From Saccostrea echinata (lineage: Eukaryota), in contig NW_026889765.1 in the NCBI RefSeq assembly GCF_033153115.1, forward strand, positions 29,388,001 to 29,452,000: 64,000 nt of DNA, written 5' to 3'. Of this stretch, positions 1 through 11,450 are shown piece after piece. How positions within the stretch are numbered: position 1 is the stretch's first letter; the number at the start of each line of letters is the position of its first letter. Both the position numbers and the translations under genes were made by a program. A model generated the notes under the pieces. It saw only the letters and a list, made by a program, of their open reading frames with translations. It ran no database searches and was not told the DNA's origin.

Positions 1-965
1 TATCATTCCTATTCGATAATTTTGTCATTCCTATTCGAAAATTTTCTCTTTCTTATTCGATAATTAAATGATTCATATTAGATAAGCATGTTATTAGTCC
101 CCTACCGGTGAAACCGGAGGGGACTATAGGTTTCCTCCGAGTCTGTCCGTCTGTCTGTCCCTCTGTCTGTCTGTCAGTCTGTCCCACTTGGTTTTCCGTA
201 CTTTTTTCCTAAACGCTTGCAGATATTGAGCTGATTTTTGGTATGTGAGTGTATCTTGATGAGTTACAGATTAAGTTTGCATTTCGTTCTGCTTCAATGA
301 TTTTTAGCGGAATTACGACCTTTTCAATTTTTCAGGGTTTTCCGCATTTTTTTCTAAACGCTTGCAGATATTGAGCTGATTTTTGGTATGTGACTTAACC
401 TTGATGAGTTATAGAACAAGTTTGCATTTCATTCCGCTTCGTTGATTTTTGACGGAATTATGGCATTTCCAATTTTTAGCGGGAACCAGATTACACTTGC
501 CGGTAGGGTACTAGTATTGCTAATGCAATACTCTCAGAATGCTTGTTTCTATTGAAAAACATATCATTCCTATTCGAAAACATACAGTTCCTATTCGATA
601 ATCTTAACAAGATCATCGAATAGGAAACGTATGTTTTCGAATAGGAATGATATGTTTTCGAATAGGAATATCATGTTTATAACTTTATTGCATATAAATC
701 ACATAATTATCGAATGAGAATTTCGAATTGGAATGACAAAATTATCGAATAGAAACATACGTTTTCGAATATGAACGATATATTTGGAATAGGAATCATA
801 TGTCTTCCAATAGAAATAACACGATATCGAATAGAAATGACAAATTATCGAATAGGAATAACAATTTTTCGAGTCGGATTAACAACTTATCGGATAGGAA
901 TAAAAACTTGTTGAATAGAAATGATATGTTTTAGAATAAAAATGATGATTTCTTCGAATAAGAAT
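1..965. repeat. Foldback-like inverted array of ~21-bp subrepeats (ATTCCTATTCGA / TCGAATAGGAAT), interrupted by a HINE-like element
   Basis: The motif attcctattcga repeats in 1-90 and 549-600, then switches to its reverse complement tcgaataggaat from ~615 to ~965. The symmetry centre is near 605 and the left arm runs off the window. Confidence 0.75.
91..548 (+). mobile_element. Non-autonomous Helentron-associated (HINE/DINE-1-like) element
   Basis: 5' hairpin tagtcccctaccggtgaaaccggaggggacta, then a (gtct/gtcc)n microsatellite, two ~150-bp core repeats, and a 3' subTIR plus stem-loop (gccggtagggtactagtattgctaatgcaatact). T-rich flanks. Confidence 0.8.
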
Positions 966-2919
966 AAATAAAAGAAGTATTATAATAATAATACAACGTT
1001 TTACACGATATACTAGTATTTTGCGGTTTATGCACTGAAAAAATATACACGTTGTCGTGCGTTCACGTCGACAGGTTTCCCTTTTCTCGTGAGTTTGCTT
1101 AAATTTCGTATCTGAAATGCAGTCATGAATTATTGATCATATTCTTCATAAGCGAAGACTAAAAAAATGATTTGTCATGAAGTTATCCACGTGAGATTTT
1201 AGAAATGATATATTAAATCAATAAATCTCTATCAGACGTAAGTGGCATATTCTACATGTAGTTGCATTTTTGGAGTATCTATCTAAATAACTGCTGTATA
1301 TTAAAGAAGAGGCCTTATAAAAGCTGTGTACATTTATTGGAAATGTTGTTACATAGTTGAACCTTCTCCATACAGTTTCTCAATATCACTTCAGATTCCT
1401 CCAAGCCAGACAACCGCGGCGTAGTTAAGGACTTGTCACATACGAATTGTACATACTATTATTGAAAATATATTTTGACTAAAGAGAATTAACCGTATGA
1501 TATACCTGTTTAAACAAAATTATTAATATTGATGTAATCTGAACTAAATCTCCTGAAAAAATCATTTTTTCAAAATCAAATGCTTAATAGTACCTACTAT
1601 TACTCTTGAAACTTAATGTGATTAACATATGTAAGATAAAATACAAAATTAGTCTACATGTGCATGAAGAGTTAGACTTCCAGAAGACACCACTTATTAT
1701 AGATCTTTCCAACATTTGGAAAAACTAATCCATTTAAAGTAAATTAATATTTTTAGAGTTGTTCTAAGGTGTTTTTATCCTATGCTCTCCACAGAAAAAT
1801 ACCTGCATGTTATATTACCCTTTTTCGAAAGACAATCTTACTATTTATTAAAAAAATATATACAAAAATTCGAGGAATAAAATAGTCTTATTATGACAAA
1901 TATAAACAAAGATAGTAAAATTGCAACAACAACAAAAATATTATTAAAAGAAAACACTGTAAAATATTAACTGAAAATGTTCGAGGCAATTTTTGGAATT
2001 TTTTAAAAATATTCAATAACACTTATTTTACAATGACGGTAACAGTTGAATTGTTAAAAACTTAACAGTAACAATAATACTTTAAAAACAACTCATAGAA
2101 ACCACCGTGAATTAGTGTCATGTTCTAAATTTTGTATTTACTCCCAAAATTTAAATTCAAAATTTAGAACATGACTTTAGAGGAAAAACTTAAACTCTTA
2201 AAAAAAAATTATAAATATTTTCAAACAAAATAAAATCACTGATGATAAACAATGAACAAGATAAATCAGGGATTTATTTCTCCAGTTTAAGGAGGAAATA
2301 AAAGGGTGGGAGACCTAAAAAAAAATGCAGAAGGAGAAAGACAGAACGATCGACCTTGATTTTTCTCCATTTCGCCTTAAAAATCTGGATGTGTCTTAAA
2401 AAGTTTCTCCAGTAAGAGATTTATCACCTTGAGTCTCATTGCAAAAGCTCAAAGAGAACAGTTACTAATGTTATCATCTGAAAACTACTTTATGCAATGA
2501 ATTTCAGACCTTGACCTCAAAATCAAAAGGGGTCTTCTTGAGTCAAAGAGAGTTTTGATATAAAATTCCGTTGCACAATATCAAAGAAAACTAAAGTTTT
2601 CATCAGGAAACCACTTCAAAATAAATAGGGATCTTCTTAAGGCAAAGGAAGTAATGATATAAAATTTCATTACAAAAGGAAATGACTTTTTGGACATCGT
2701 CGAAACCAAAATGTTACTAACAGACAGTAGAAACGGACAGACCCAAATAAATATACAACGCTTTTAGCGAAATCGGAAAAATAAATTCTTAGTTTACATA
2801 GGGTATGCTGGTTTATAAGAACGATAAAGATCCCCAAAGGTAATTTATTAACATTAGGCCAAAGGGTTTTAATGGTCACTTGAGTATAATGTAACGTTAC
2901 TCTGAATATAAAATAAAAC

Positions 2920-3397
2920 AAACAAGCATTCTGAGAGTATTGCATTAGCAATACTAGTCCCCTACCGGCAAGTATAATCTGGTTCCCGTTAAGAATTGAA
3001 AATGCCATAATTCCGTCAAAAATCAATGAAGTGGGGCGAAATGCAAACTTGATCTATAGCTAATCAAGGTTAAGTCACATACCAAAAATCAGCTCAATAT
3101 CTGAAAGCGTTTAGAAGAAAATTGCGGAAAACCCTTAAAATTGAAAAGGCCGTAATTCCGTCAAAAATCAATGAAGCGGAACGAAATGCAAACTTCATCT
3201 GTAACTCATCAAGATACACTCACATACCAAAAATCAGCCCAATATCTGCAAGTGTTTAGGAAAAAAGTGCGGAAAACCAAGTGGGACAGACTGACAGACA
3301 GACAGAGGGACAGACGGACAGACAGACAGACAGACGGACGGACAGACTCAGAGGAAACCTATAGTCCCCTCCGGTTTCACCGGTAGGGGACTAATAA
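2920..3397 (-). mobile_element. Second copy of the same HINE/DINE-1-like element, inverted
   Basis: Reverse complement of 91-548: aaacaagcattctgagagtattgcattagcaatactagtcccctaccggc ... (gaca)n ... tagtcccctccggtttcaccggtaggggactaataa. Confidence 0.8.
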
Positions 3398-3894
3398 GCT
3401 GATAAATGAATCTATGTTGCCCAAAAGCAAGAGAAATAGGATGATCAGGGATCATCAAAGTAACTAATTTAGTGCTCGGTAACAAATTTTAAAGTTGATC
3501 TATTTACTTGCCTGTACTTGCCCCCATATGTCACTATCCCCATGTGGGCTAAACAAAACAATTATAGTTCTTGATCACTATTAGTAAAGCCATTTAATTT
3601 CCTCTCACTTTGACCTCTCTTAGTCTTTAAAGAAAATTAAATGTAATGTACAAAGATAAGGTGTTCTTGTCCCATTTTTATTTATCAATCATTTAAAAGT
3701 CGACCTGACCATTAAAAACTATGAACTTACTTATTATAAAAATTCTTGTAAAAATCTGTAATGTAATTGACCTTTCAATTACATTATTTACAGTGATTAA
3801 CTATCAAAGGTGAATAGCAAAGGGGAATAACTTCTCTCAGTAGAATAGAAATTAATAAATTGACCAAGTGGTGTAGAATTTCAAAAAATATGGT

Positions 3895-4270
3895 AAAAAT
3901 ACTCTTGCTTATTACAACTTTATTCTCTGTTTGCCTCCTAGTAGATGCCCATGAGCAGAAAAGATTTTCAAAGAAATGTATTTTCACTTTAGATTCAACA
4001 TAGCCCCGTCCTAACACCAGAGCCCAGGGGCCAAAAAAATCACATTTTCGGAAGACGCACCCTTGCTCATCATAACCATGCATTTAGTATGTTTGCTAAA
4101 TACCCATGTGCAGAGGAGAAGATTTTCATAGAAATAATGTATTTACACAATATATATTCAAAAGAACCCAACCTTAACACCAAAACCCCTGACCCTTGGT
4201 TGTGAATTTCAAACTTTTAGGCATTCTTACTTCCCGCAGAACCACTGACCCTGGGGCCATAAATTTCACA
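3895..4270. repeat. Degenerate HINE-type core repeats
   Basis: Recurring units (gaagattttc..gaaat..tgcatttt / caccagagcccagggg / cacccttgctcatcataaccatgca) that are also seen at 32440-33180 and, inverted, at 45390-46030. Confidence 0.5.
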
Positions 4271-4692
4271 CTTCATATCAAACCTGTTTCTTGCATGAAA
4301 TATTTTTAAAAAGAACTACCGCTATTTTTATAACTAAAAAAAGGTTGAATATCTATTAACATTTGCTATTTAAGAGAACATCACTCTAAGTGCAAAGGCA
4401 CAGTGCATAAAAATGTTCTATTTTTTATAAATTATATAATAATTACTGGGTAGCATTGTCAAAACCACGATGAAAGCGAATTCTGAAACACCATTTACAT
4501 ATCAGACATACATTTCTATGGAAAATTCTAACAATTCTCCATACTTTGCAAATATTTCAAAATATTTACATATCTGAGTGCTTTCTCTCCGATAACTCTT
4601 TGAAAGTCAAGTGTGATAATCTCTCGGTATTTACAACTGAATGTAAATTTCGCCAAGTTAAAGGTCAAGTGCCTTTAAAAATACATTTTGTC

Positions 4693-4700
4693 TGACGTCA
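4693..4700. promoter_or_regulatory. CRE palindrome TGACGTCA, candidate promoter element upstream of the FAHD2-like gene
   Basis: Perfect TGACGTCA about 1.7 kb upstream of the first coding exon. A candidate non-coding-exon donor (gtaagt) lies near 4988. Function is not demonstrated. Confidence 0.3.
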
Positions 4701-4817
4701 GTAGGCCGGGACTTATGGAAATTAACATAAAATGCTTCCTGTATTCTGTTAAACAGCATTTTTGATTATATATGTATTTATATTTTTATTTCACATTTAA
4801 ATATAAATACATATGTA

Positions 4818-4972
4818 TAAGGAATCACTGTCTAGTTTGTCCGGTATCCCAGGGACATTAACGACAGATGGAAACGTGGCTTCGCCCGTTATGCAAATTA
4901 TCCCACGTTTCCAACTGTCATTAATGCACTTAATGCCCTAGTATACCCAACAAACTAGACAGTTCTTCCTTA
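4818..4972. mobile_element. Palindromic (hairpin) MITE-like element, ~155 bp
   Basis: taaggaatcactgtctagtttgt...gacagatggaaacgtgg is the inverse of ccacgtttccaactgtc...acaaactagacagttcttcctta. TA at both ends. Confidence 0.65.
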
Positions 4973-5615
4973 AAACAATCGGTGTACGTAAGTCATGAAA
5001 CATTTTAGTGTACATTTAACTATTGTCTTGCTAAATTTAATTTAATTTGAGTAAATAAATAAATTGATGAATTTAAATATTAGTGCAATATATATCTGTA
5101 CGTGTAGCTTCCTATGGCATATTTGTCTTTGACTCAAGTTCACTGAGCTTTGAAATGTTAAAATCATATCCAAAAATGTGACTGGGTTATGACTTTGGAC
5201 TCTTCAATTGGAATACTAAATTCATTTAAAAAAATGTTTTCCCATGTCCTAGATGATCGACAAATACCAACTTAATTTGTAAATTTATTCACAATGAATT
5301 CTACATATTTTACATTGTTTACATTGGCATTTTTCAAGGTCATGATTCATGATCCAATGACGAAATATTATTCCATTATCTACGCTATTTTCTGGAAACG
5401 TGTCAATGTCTTTTTTCCATTAAGATTACACAGTATGACTGACGTAATCTGGAATAAGGGAAATTGGAAACTGCTTATATTGACAGCTAGCAGAAGACAT
5501 AAGATCTACTTAGCAGCAGGACACCTAGGGACTGGTGCAAAATTCTGCAACTTTTATTTGACACCAGATTATCCTTGTAAAACAACAAATGTTATTGAAT
5601 ACCTTGATAGCGGAC

Positions 5616-5618
<3 letters not shown>

Positions 5619-5664
<46 letters not shown>
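5619..5664. repeat. (CT)n microsatellite
   Basis: Pure tc run followed by a G run. Confidence 0.95.
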
Positions 5665-5666
<2 letters not shown>

Positions 5667-5928
5667 GGGGGGGGGGTTACTCTCTGTCTCTGAAGTGGGT
5701 ATCCATATATAAGTGGATTTCTTTGTGCTTTCTATATTAATATTTCTTCACTTACGGCAGTTATACACTGTATTAGTTTAAGAGTTGTTGTAAATTGTGC
5801 TTTATAAATAAAATTAATTCATTAACTATTGTCCAAATAACTGTATCTCACTTCCATTCTCAATGACTGTGTAGTGTAGGACAGCGCCACGAGAATCCCA
5901 TCGGCATCGAAAGCAAGTTTTTTAACTT

Positions 5929-6012
5929 GCCTAGGTGGCCGAGCGGTCTAGCGCGCTGTTCCTGTACTGCTAGAAGACAGATTCCATAGGTCTAGAGTTC
6001 AACCCCGGATTG
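5929..6012 (+). mobile_element. tRNA-derived SINE head or tRNA pseudogene
   Basis: A-box-like GGTGGCCGAGCGGTCTAGCGCGC and B-box-like GAGTTCAACCC. No intact cloverleaf or acceptor stem is evident. A (TA)n run follows. Confidence 0.5.
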
Positions 6013-6050
6013 CTGAAGTGGGTATCTTTACAAAAGTGAATTTCTTAGTG

Positions 6051-6052
<2 letters not shown>

Positions 6053-6129
<77 letters not shown>
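6053..6129. repeat. (TA)n microsatellite
   Basis: Pure ta run. Confidence 0.95.
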
Positions 6130-6131
<2 letters not shown>

Positions 6132-6418
6132 TGTGACATTTTTAATCATCTACAAAAGCAGTAGCACTTAGAAGAGCAGATTACACTTCGGTACCAGCCA
6201 GCACACGTCTGAAGATATTACCTTGGACTGAGTTCCTTAGCTATGTGACAATAGAATTGTACTACTATCTATTTATTGGCTGTTGAGAAAATTATCTCGA
6301 TTAAATATTAAGAAATAAAATCATTATCCAAAAAGGCCAGAATCGTTGATTTTTTGCCATTTTGATGCTCCATATCTATTGTCTTAATATATAGGACGCT
6401 GTTAAGTCGACGTTCTAA

Positions 6419-9400
6419 ATGCGATTTGTTCAGTTTTTAAGGAACGAAGGCATAAGTGTGGGGGTGGAGTTAAGGGATGGTGGGGATATCGTAGATTTAC
6501 ATGCAGGGGATTCAAAAATCCCCTCAGATTTACGAAGTTTTATAGAAGGAGGAGAGGAAAACATAAGATCCGCCCAAAAGTAGGTTAAATTTATTATTCT
6601 TAATCTTTACCTTCAAATGTCTTCATTGTTTTTGCCTTGCTTTGACTTGTAATTTTTTTTTAAAAAAAAGATTTCTTTCCTACTGTAAGATATTTGTAAA
6701 ATACGCATATATGTAGGTATTTTAATCGGTTCCATAACGTCCTTATTCAAACTACATTATTGGCAAAGTTCTGTAGCAGGAATATGACTCCAGAGTGTTC
6801 AGGTAAATCAATTTGGGAGGGGACACTCAATTACAATATTTTGATAAAAAAGTTTTTACCATTATAAACAGCTTAAGTCGCCTTGTCTGAGTTATACTTG
6901 TATATCTATCATATAAATTAATATGACATTATTTTTAATCTCAAATCCTAAATATTTTAGCTTGGTTGACAAAAGAAAATGTGTTCTTGCACGAGATTCT
7001 GTAAAGATAGTGGCACCGATTTCTAACCCAGAGAAGGTCCTGTGTGTTGGGATGAATTACCGGGATCACTGCGAGGAACAGAACGCCCCCGTCCCCGCGG
7101 AACCCGTGGTTTTCAATAAGTTTCCATCCAGTATCATAGGACCGACAGATAATTTAGAATATCCTAGAGAAACACAGGTATTTTCTGCAAATTATGTTGG
7201 CATAACACCAACAAATTTGATGTGTAAGAATTTTACATATTACTATAATGACATAAATGCCTTTTAATGACTTTTTTTTTATCAACAGAAACTAGACTGG
7301 GAAGCGGAACTAGCATTTGTTATCGGAAAAGAAGCCCGACATGTCAAGGTATTACATCCTATTATGCTGATTTGGCGAAGCTAAGACAATGGTTTAAAAA
7401 CTTACTTGTTGTAGTAGATCAAGACTTTTGTGAACTGTTAGCTGCTTTATATCTAAATATCAGGTTCTACAGTAGCTTTAATATTAGCTCAAATTTAATT
7501 TTGAACTTTCTTTAAGAACATTTTCAATGCATTGTTTAACAACAAAGCTTTATGATAAACGTGATGATTCAATTTTTCAATCGTAAGCTTCCCTTACTTA
7601 TGTAGCAATATACCCTTTTTCACCTGCATATGGGGTTTTTATCTCCCAGTTGATTCGATACGCAAGAGCATGCTATAGGTATGAACAATTTCTAAAACGA
7701 GGCAAGCTTTTGACAAACAAGTTGATGAAACAAGGATATCAACAGTCTTGTTTGAAGTCATCATTTCGCAAGTTGATTCGATATGCAAGAGCATGCTCTA
7801 CGTATGAACAATTTCTAAAACGAGGCAAGCTTTTGACAAACAAGTTGATGAAACAAGGATATGAACAGTCTCGTTTGAAGTCATCATTTCGCAAGTTTTA
7901 AGGTCGATACAATGACCTTGTCATCAAATACAACCTATCATTGAGTCAAATGCTGACTAACGTTTTACATACTGATTGTTAGGCCATTATTTACACACTG
8001 AATTGTCTAAGGATTTTTTCGATCATGAGAAGGAGCACATGGTAGATGTGACTGGTCGGCAGGGGATGCTCACTCCTCCATGGCACCTCATCCCACCTGA
8101 TATTTTTGAAACAGATCATAGGTAGCGCTCTGATGAAGACCCATAATAACATAAATGGCATAATGTGTTTAGCGTATACGCTTACCGCTTTAAATTTCTT
8201 CATTCAGTGATTAATTATTCATTTTTTTCAAGTGCGTATATAACTTTGTACAAATTGATTTTAATTTGTCTCTCGGCCAAAAAAGATTGCCTATACATCT
8301 ATTCGTATAATGTAGTATTATGTAATAACAGAATTTGTTATTACATGTACTTTAATTTTTAATTGCCTGATTACCCCCCCCCTTTAATTCATGTCAAAAT
8401 GTTCCTCCAGATAGTGAGATAAATTAATAGATGTTCTGTGAGCTTGAGAAACTTGGTGATAAAGGAAACATAGCCTACACGTGTAACAAGACATCCTTCT
8501 CGTGTTTATCATATTTAAAAATTAATGAAATTTTCACAGATTCAAGAAGACAATATCACCAAGTAATGACATCAATTACATTATATTTGCCCGTTTCATT
8601 AAAAGGTCAAGGTCATAATCTTTTCCGTGTCATTAAGAATCAGAAATTATTGTTGCCAATCATGTAATACTTATTTTTCCTTTAAAAGATTTAATCTTTT
8701 TCTTTTTACATAAAAAGTTAATACAACAAAAGGTCTACCAGATGATAATATCAAAAAGAAAGAAAAATATGATCTTTAAAATCCTTAACATCTAAATATA
8801 AAAGACTTGTAAGCAAATATACTTTGAGTATTTCATTTAATTAGTCAGAAACCAGAGAAGAATCCCTCCTTAAGAAATTGAATTCCTGCGAAAATAAGAT
8901 AACGAAGTGCCATTTTTTTTTATTAATTAATATCAGGTAAATAACAAGGACAATCCTTTTCTTGTGGTCACTTAACTTATAATGTGTCAAAATAGGTATT
9001 TTCATTTACTGTGTGGGCGATTACTCAACTAAATTACGCCTTTAGTATCAAATAATGTCAATTTTCACGGATCCTTTCATAATTAGATCTGTACGTTGAC
9101 TTTTTTATAGGAAAGTAGTGCTATGGAACATATCTTTGGTTTCACGGTAGCACTCGATGCTTCTGCCCGAGATTGGCAGATTGGAAAAAATGGCGGACAA
9201 GTGCTGCTTGGTAAAGCCATGGATGGGTTTTGTCCCTTGGGTCCCGCCATAGTTACAAAAGATGAAATAGGCGGTAAGCCTTTTCCTAGACTGTACCTAC
9301 ATTGTTAAACATGGTTAAAGGATTGTTTACGTATAAGGCACGTGTTGTCAAATGGTTAAATTCTGAAAATAAAGTTGCATGACATGTACATGTATATTTA

Positions 9401-11273
9401 TTTTGGACATAAGGTCAATGTTTTGAGTCAGGTATATTTAATTTTTTTATGCGTAACCTCTGCCCAAAATGAATTTTTCCTTTGCTGCAAATCAAGAACC
9501 ATATTTTTAAAATTTGCAATTAAAGAACTCCACCTTTTGTTTATGATGTATCAAAATGTATGAGAAAGCGTTTGATTCCTCGTTTTCGTAGAGTAAGGTA
9601 TGTAAACTTTAATTTATAGCTTAATAATAAAATTTCATTTCATGTAACGAGACTGAGACTAATTTAAAACAAGAGGCCCAGGGGCCACATAGCTCACCTG
9701 AGCACTATGGCTAGAATAAAGCAGAAATCAGTTCAGTCTTGAAAGGTTGAAAAGTTTAAATATAAAAGTGGGGGAGTGGGGGGGGGGGGGTCATAAATTG
9801 AACAAATTTGAATCTACATAAGCTGAGGATGTTCCATTTAAATATGACCAATCATGGCTTTGCTTTTCTTGAGTAGAAGATTTTTAAAGATTTAACCTAT
9901 GTATTCCTATGTAAAACTTTGATCACCCATTGTGGCCCCACCCGACCCCCAGGGGTCATGTTTGAACAAACTTGAATGTACACTATCTAAGAATGCTTCC
10001 ATATGAATATGAATATGCATATCATGGCTTTGCTGTTCTTAAGAAATAGTTTTTTTTAAAAGATTTTTACTACGTGTTCCTAGGTAAAATTTTGATCACC
10101 CATTGTGGCCCCACCCTATCCCCGGGGGTCATGATTTGAACAAATTTGAATCTACACTATCTGAGGATGCTTCCTTGTAAATATGACCAATCATGGCTTT
10201 GCTGTTCTTGAGAAGAAGATTTTTAAAGATTTTCCCTATATATTCATATGTAAAACTTTGATCGCCCATTGTGGCCCCACCCGACCCCCGGGGGTCATGA
10301 GTTGAACAAATTTAAATGTACACTATCTGAGGATGCTTCCATGTAGATATGACCAATCATGGCTTTGCTGTTCTTGAGTAGAAGATTTTTAAAGATTTTT
10401 CCTATATATTCCTATGTAAAACTTTGATTGCCCATTGTGGCCCCACCCTACCCCTGGGGGTCATGATTTGAACAAACTTGAATTTACACTATCTGAGGAT
10501 GCTACCATATAAATATGACCAATCATGGCTTTGCTGTTCTTGAGAAGAAGATTTATAAAGATTTTTCCTATATATTCCTATGTAAAACTTTGATTGCCCA
10601 TTGTGGCCCCACCCTACCCCTGGGGGTCATGATTTGAACAAACTTGAATCTACACTACCAGAGGATGCTACCATATAAATATGACTAATCATGGCTTTGC
10701 TGTTCTTGAGAAGAAGATTTTTAAAGATTTTTTCCTATATATTCCTATGTAAAACTTTGATCGCCCATTGTGGCCCCACCCGACCCCCGGGGGTCATGAT
10801 TTAAACAAACTTGAATCTACACTATCTGAGGATGCTTCCTTGTAAATATGACCAATCATGGCTTTGCTGTTCTTGAGAAGAAGATTTTTAAAGATGTTTC
10901 CTATATATTCCTATGTAAAACTTTGATCGCCCATTGTGGCCCCACCCGAGCCCCGGGGGTCACGATTTGAATAAACTTGAATCTACACTATCTGAGGATG
11001 CTACCATGTAAATATGACCAATCATGGCTTTGCTGTTCTTGAGAAGAAGATTTTTAAAGATTTTTCCTATATATTCATATGTAAATCTTTGATCGCCCAT
11101 TGTGGCCCCACCCGACCCCCAGGGGTCATGATTTGAACAAACTTGAATCTACACTACCTGAGGATGCATCCTCATAAGTTTCATATTTTCAAGCACAGTG
11201 GTTCCTGAGAAGAAAATTTTTTAATGATGCCATTAATTTTTCACAAATTCTTAATTATCTCCCCTTGGAAGAA

Positions 11274-11321
<48 letters not shown>

Positions 11322-11330
11322 ACTTTGTGG

Positions 11331-11393
<63 letters not shown>

Positions 11394-11415
11394 ACAACAA
11401 CGACGACAGACAACA

Positions 11416-11450
<35 letters not shown>

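Noticed and set aside
2670-3386. ORFs of 118 aa and 71 aa
   Set aside because: They fall within the non-coding HINE element (the TDRQ repeats are the gaca microsatellite).
5929-6012. Functional tRNA-Ser/Leu gene
   Set aside because: A and B boxes are present but there is no consistent acceptor or anticodon stem. Treated as a SINE head or pseudogene.
8104-8145. Possible hammerhead ribozyme (GAAAC...GTA...CTGATGA) next to a Penelope-like fragment
   Set aside because: Core motifs are present but stems II and III cannot be paired (no complement to agaccc). At best a decayed remnant.
9800-11170. Regular repeats resembling a CRISPR array
   Set aside because: Units are wholly repeated ~166-bp satellite monomers with no unique spacers, there are no cas genes, and the context is eukaryotic.
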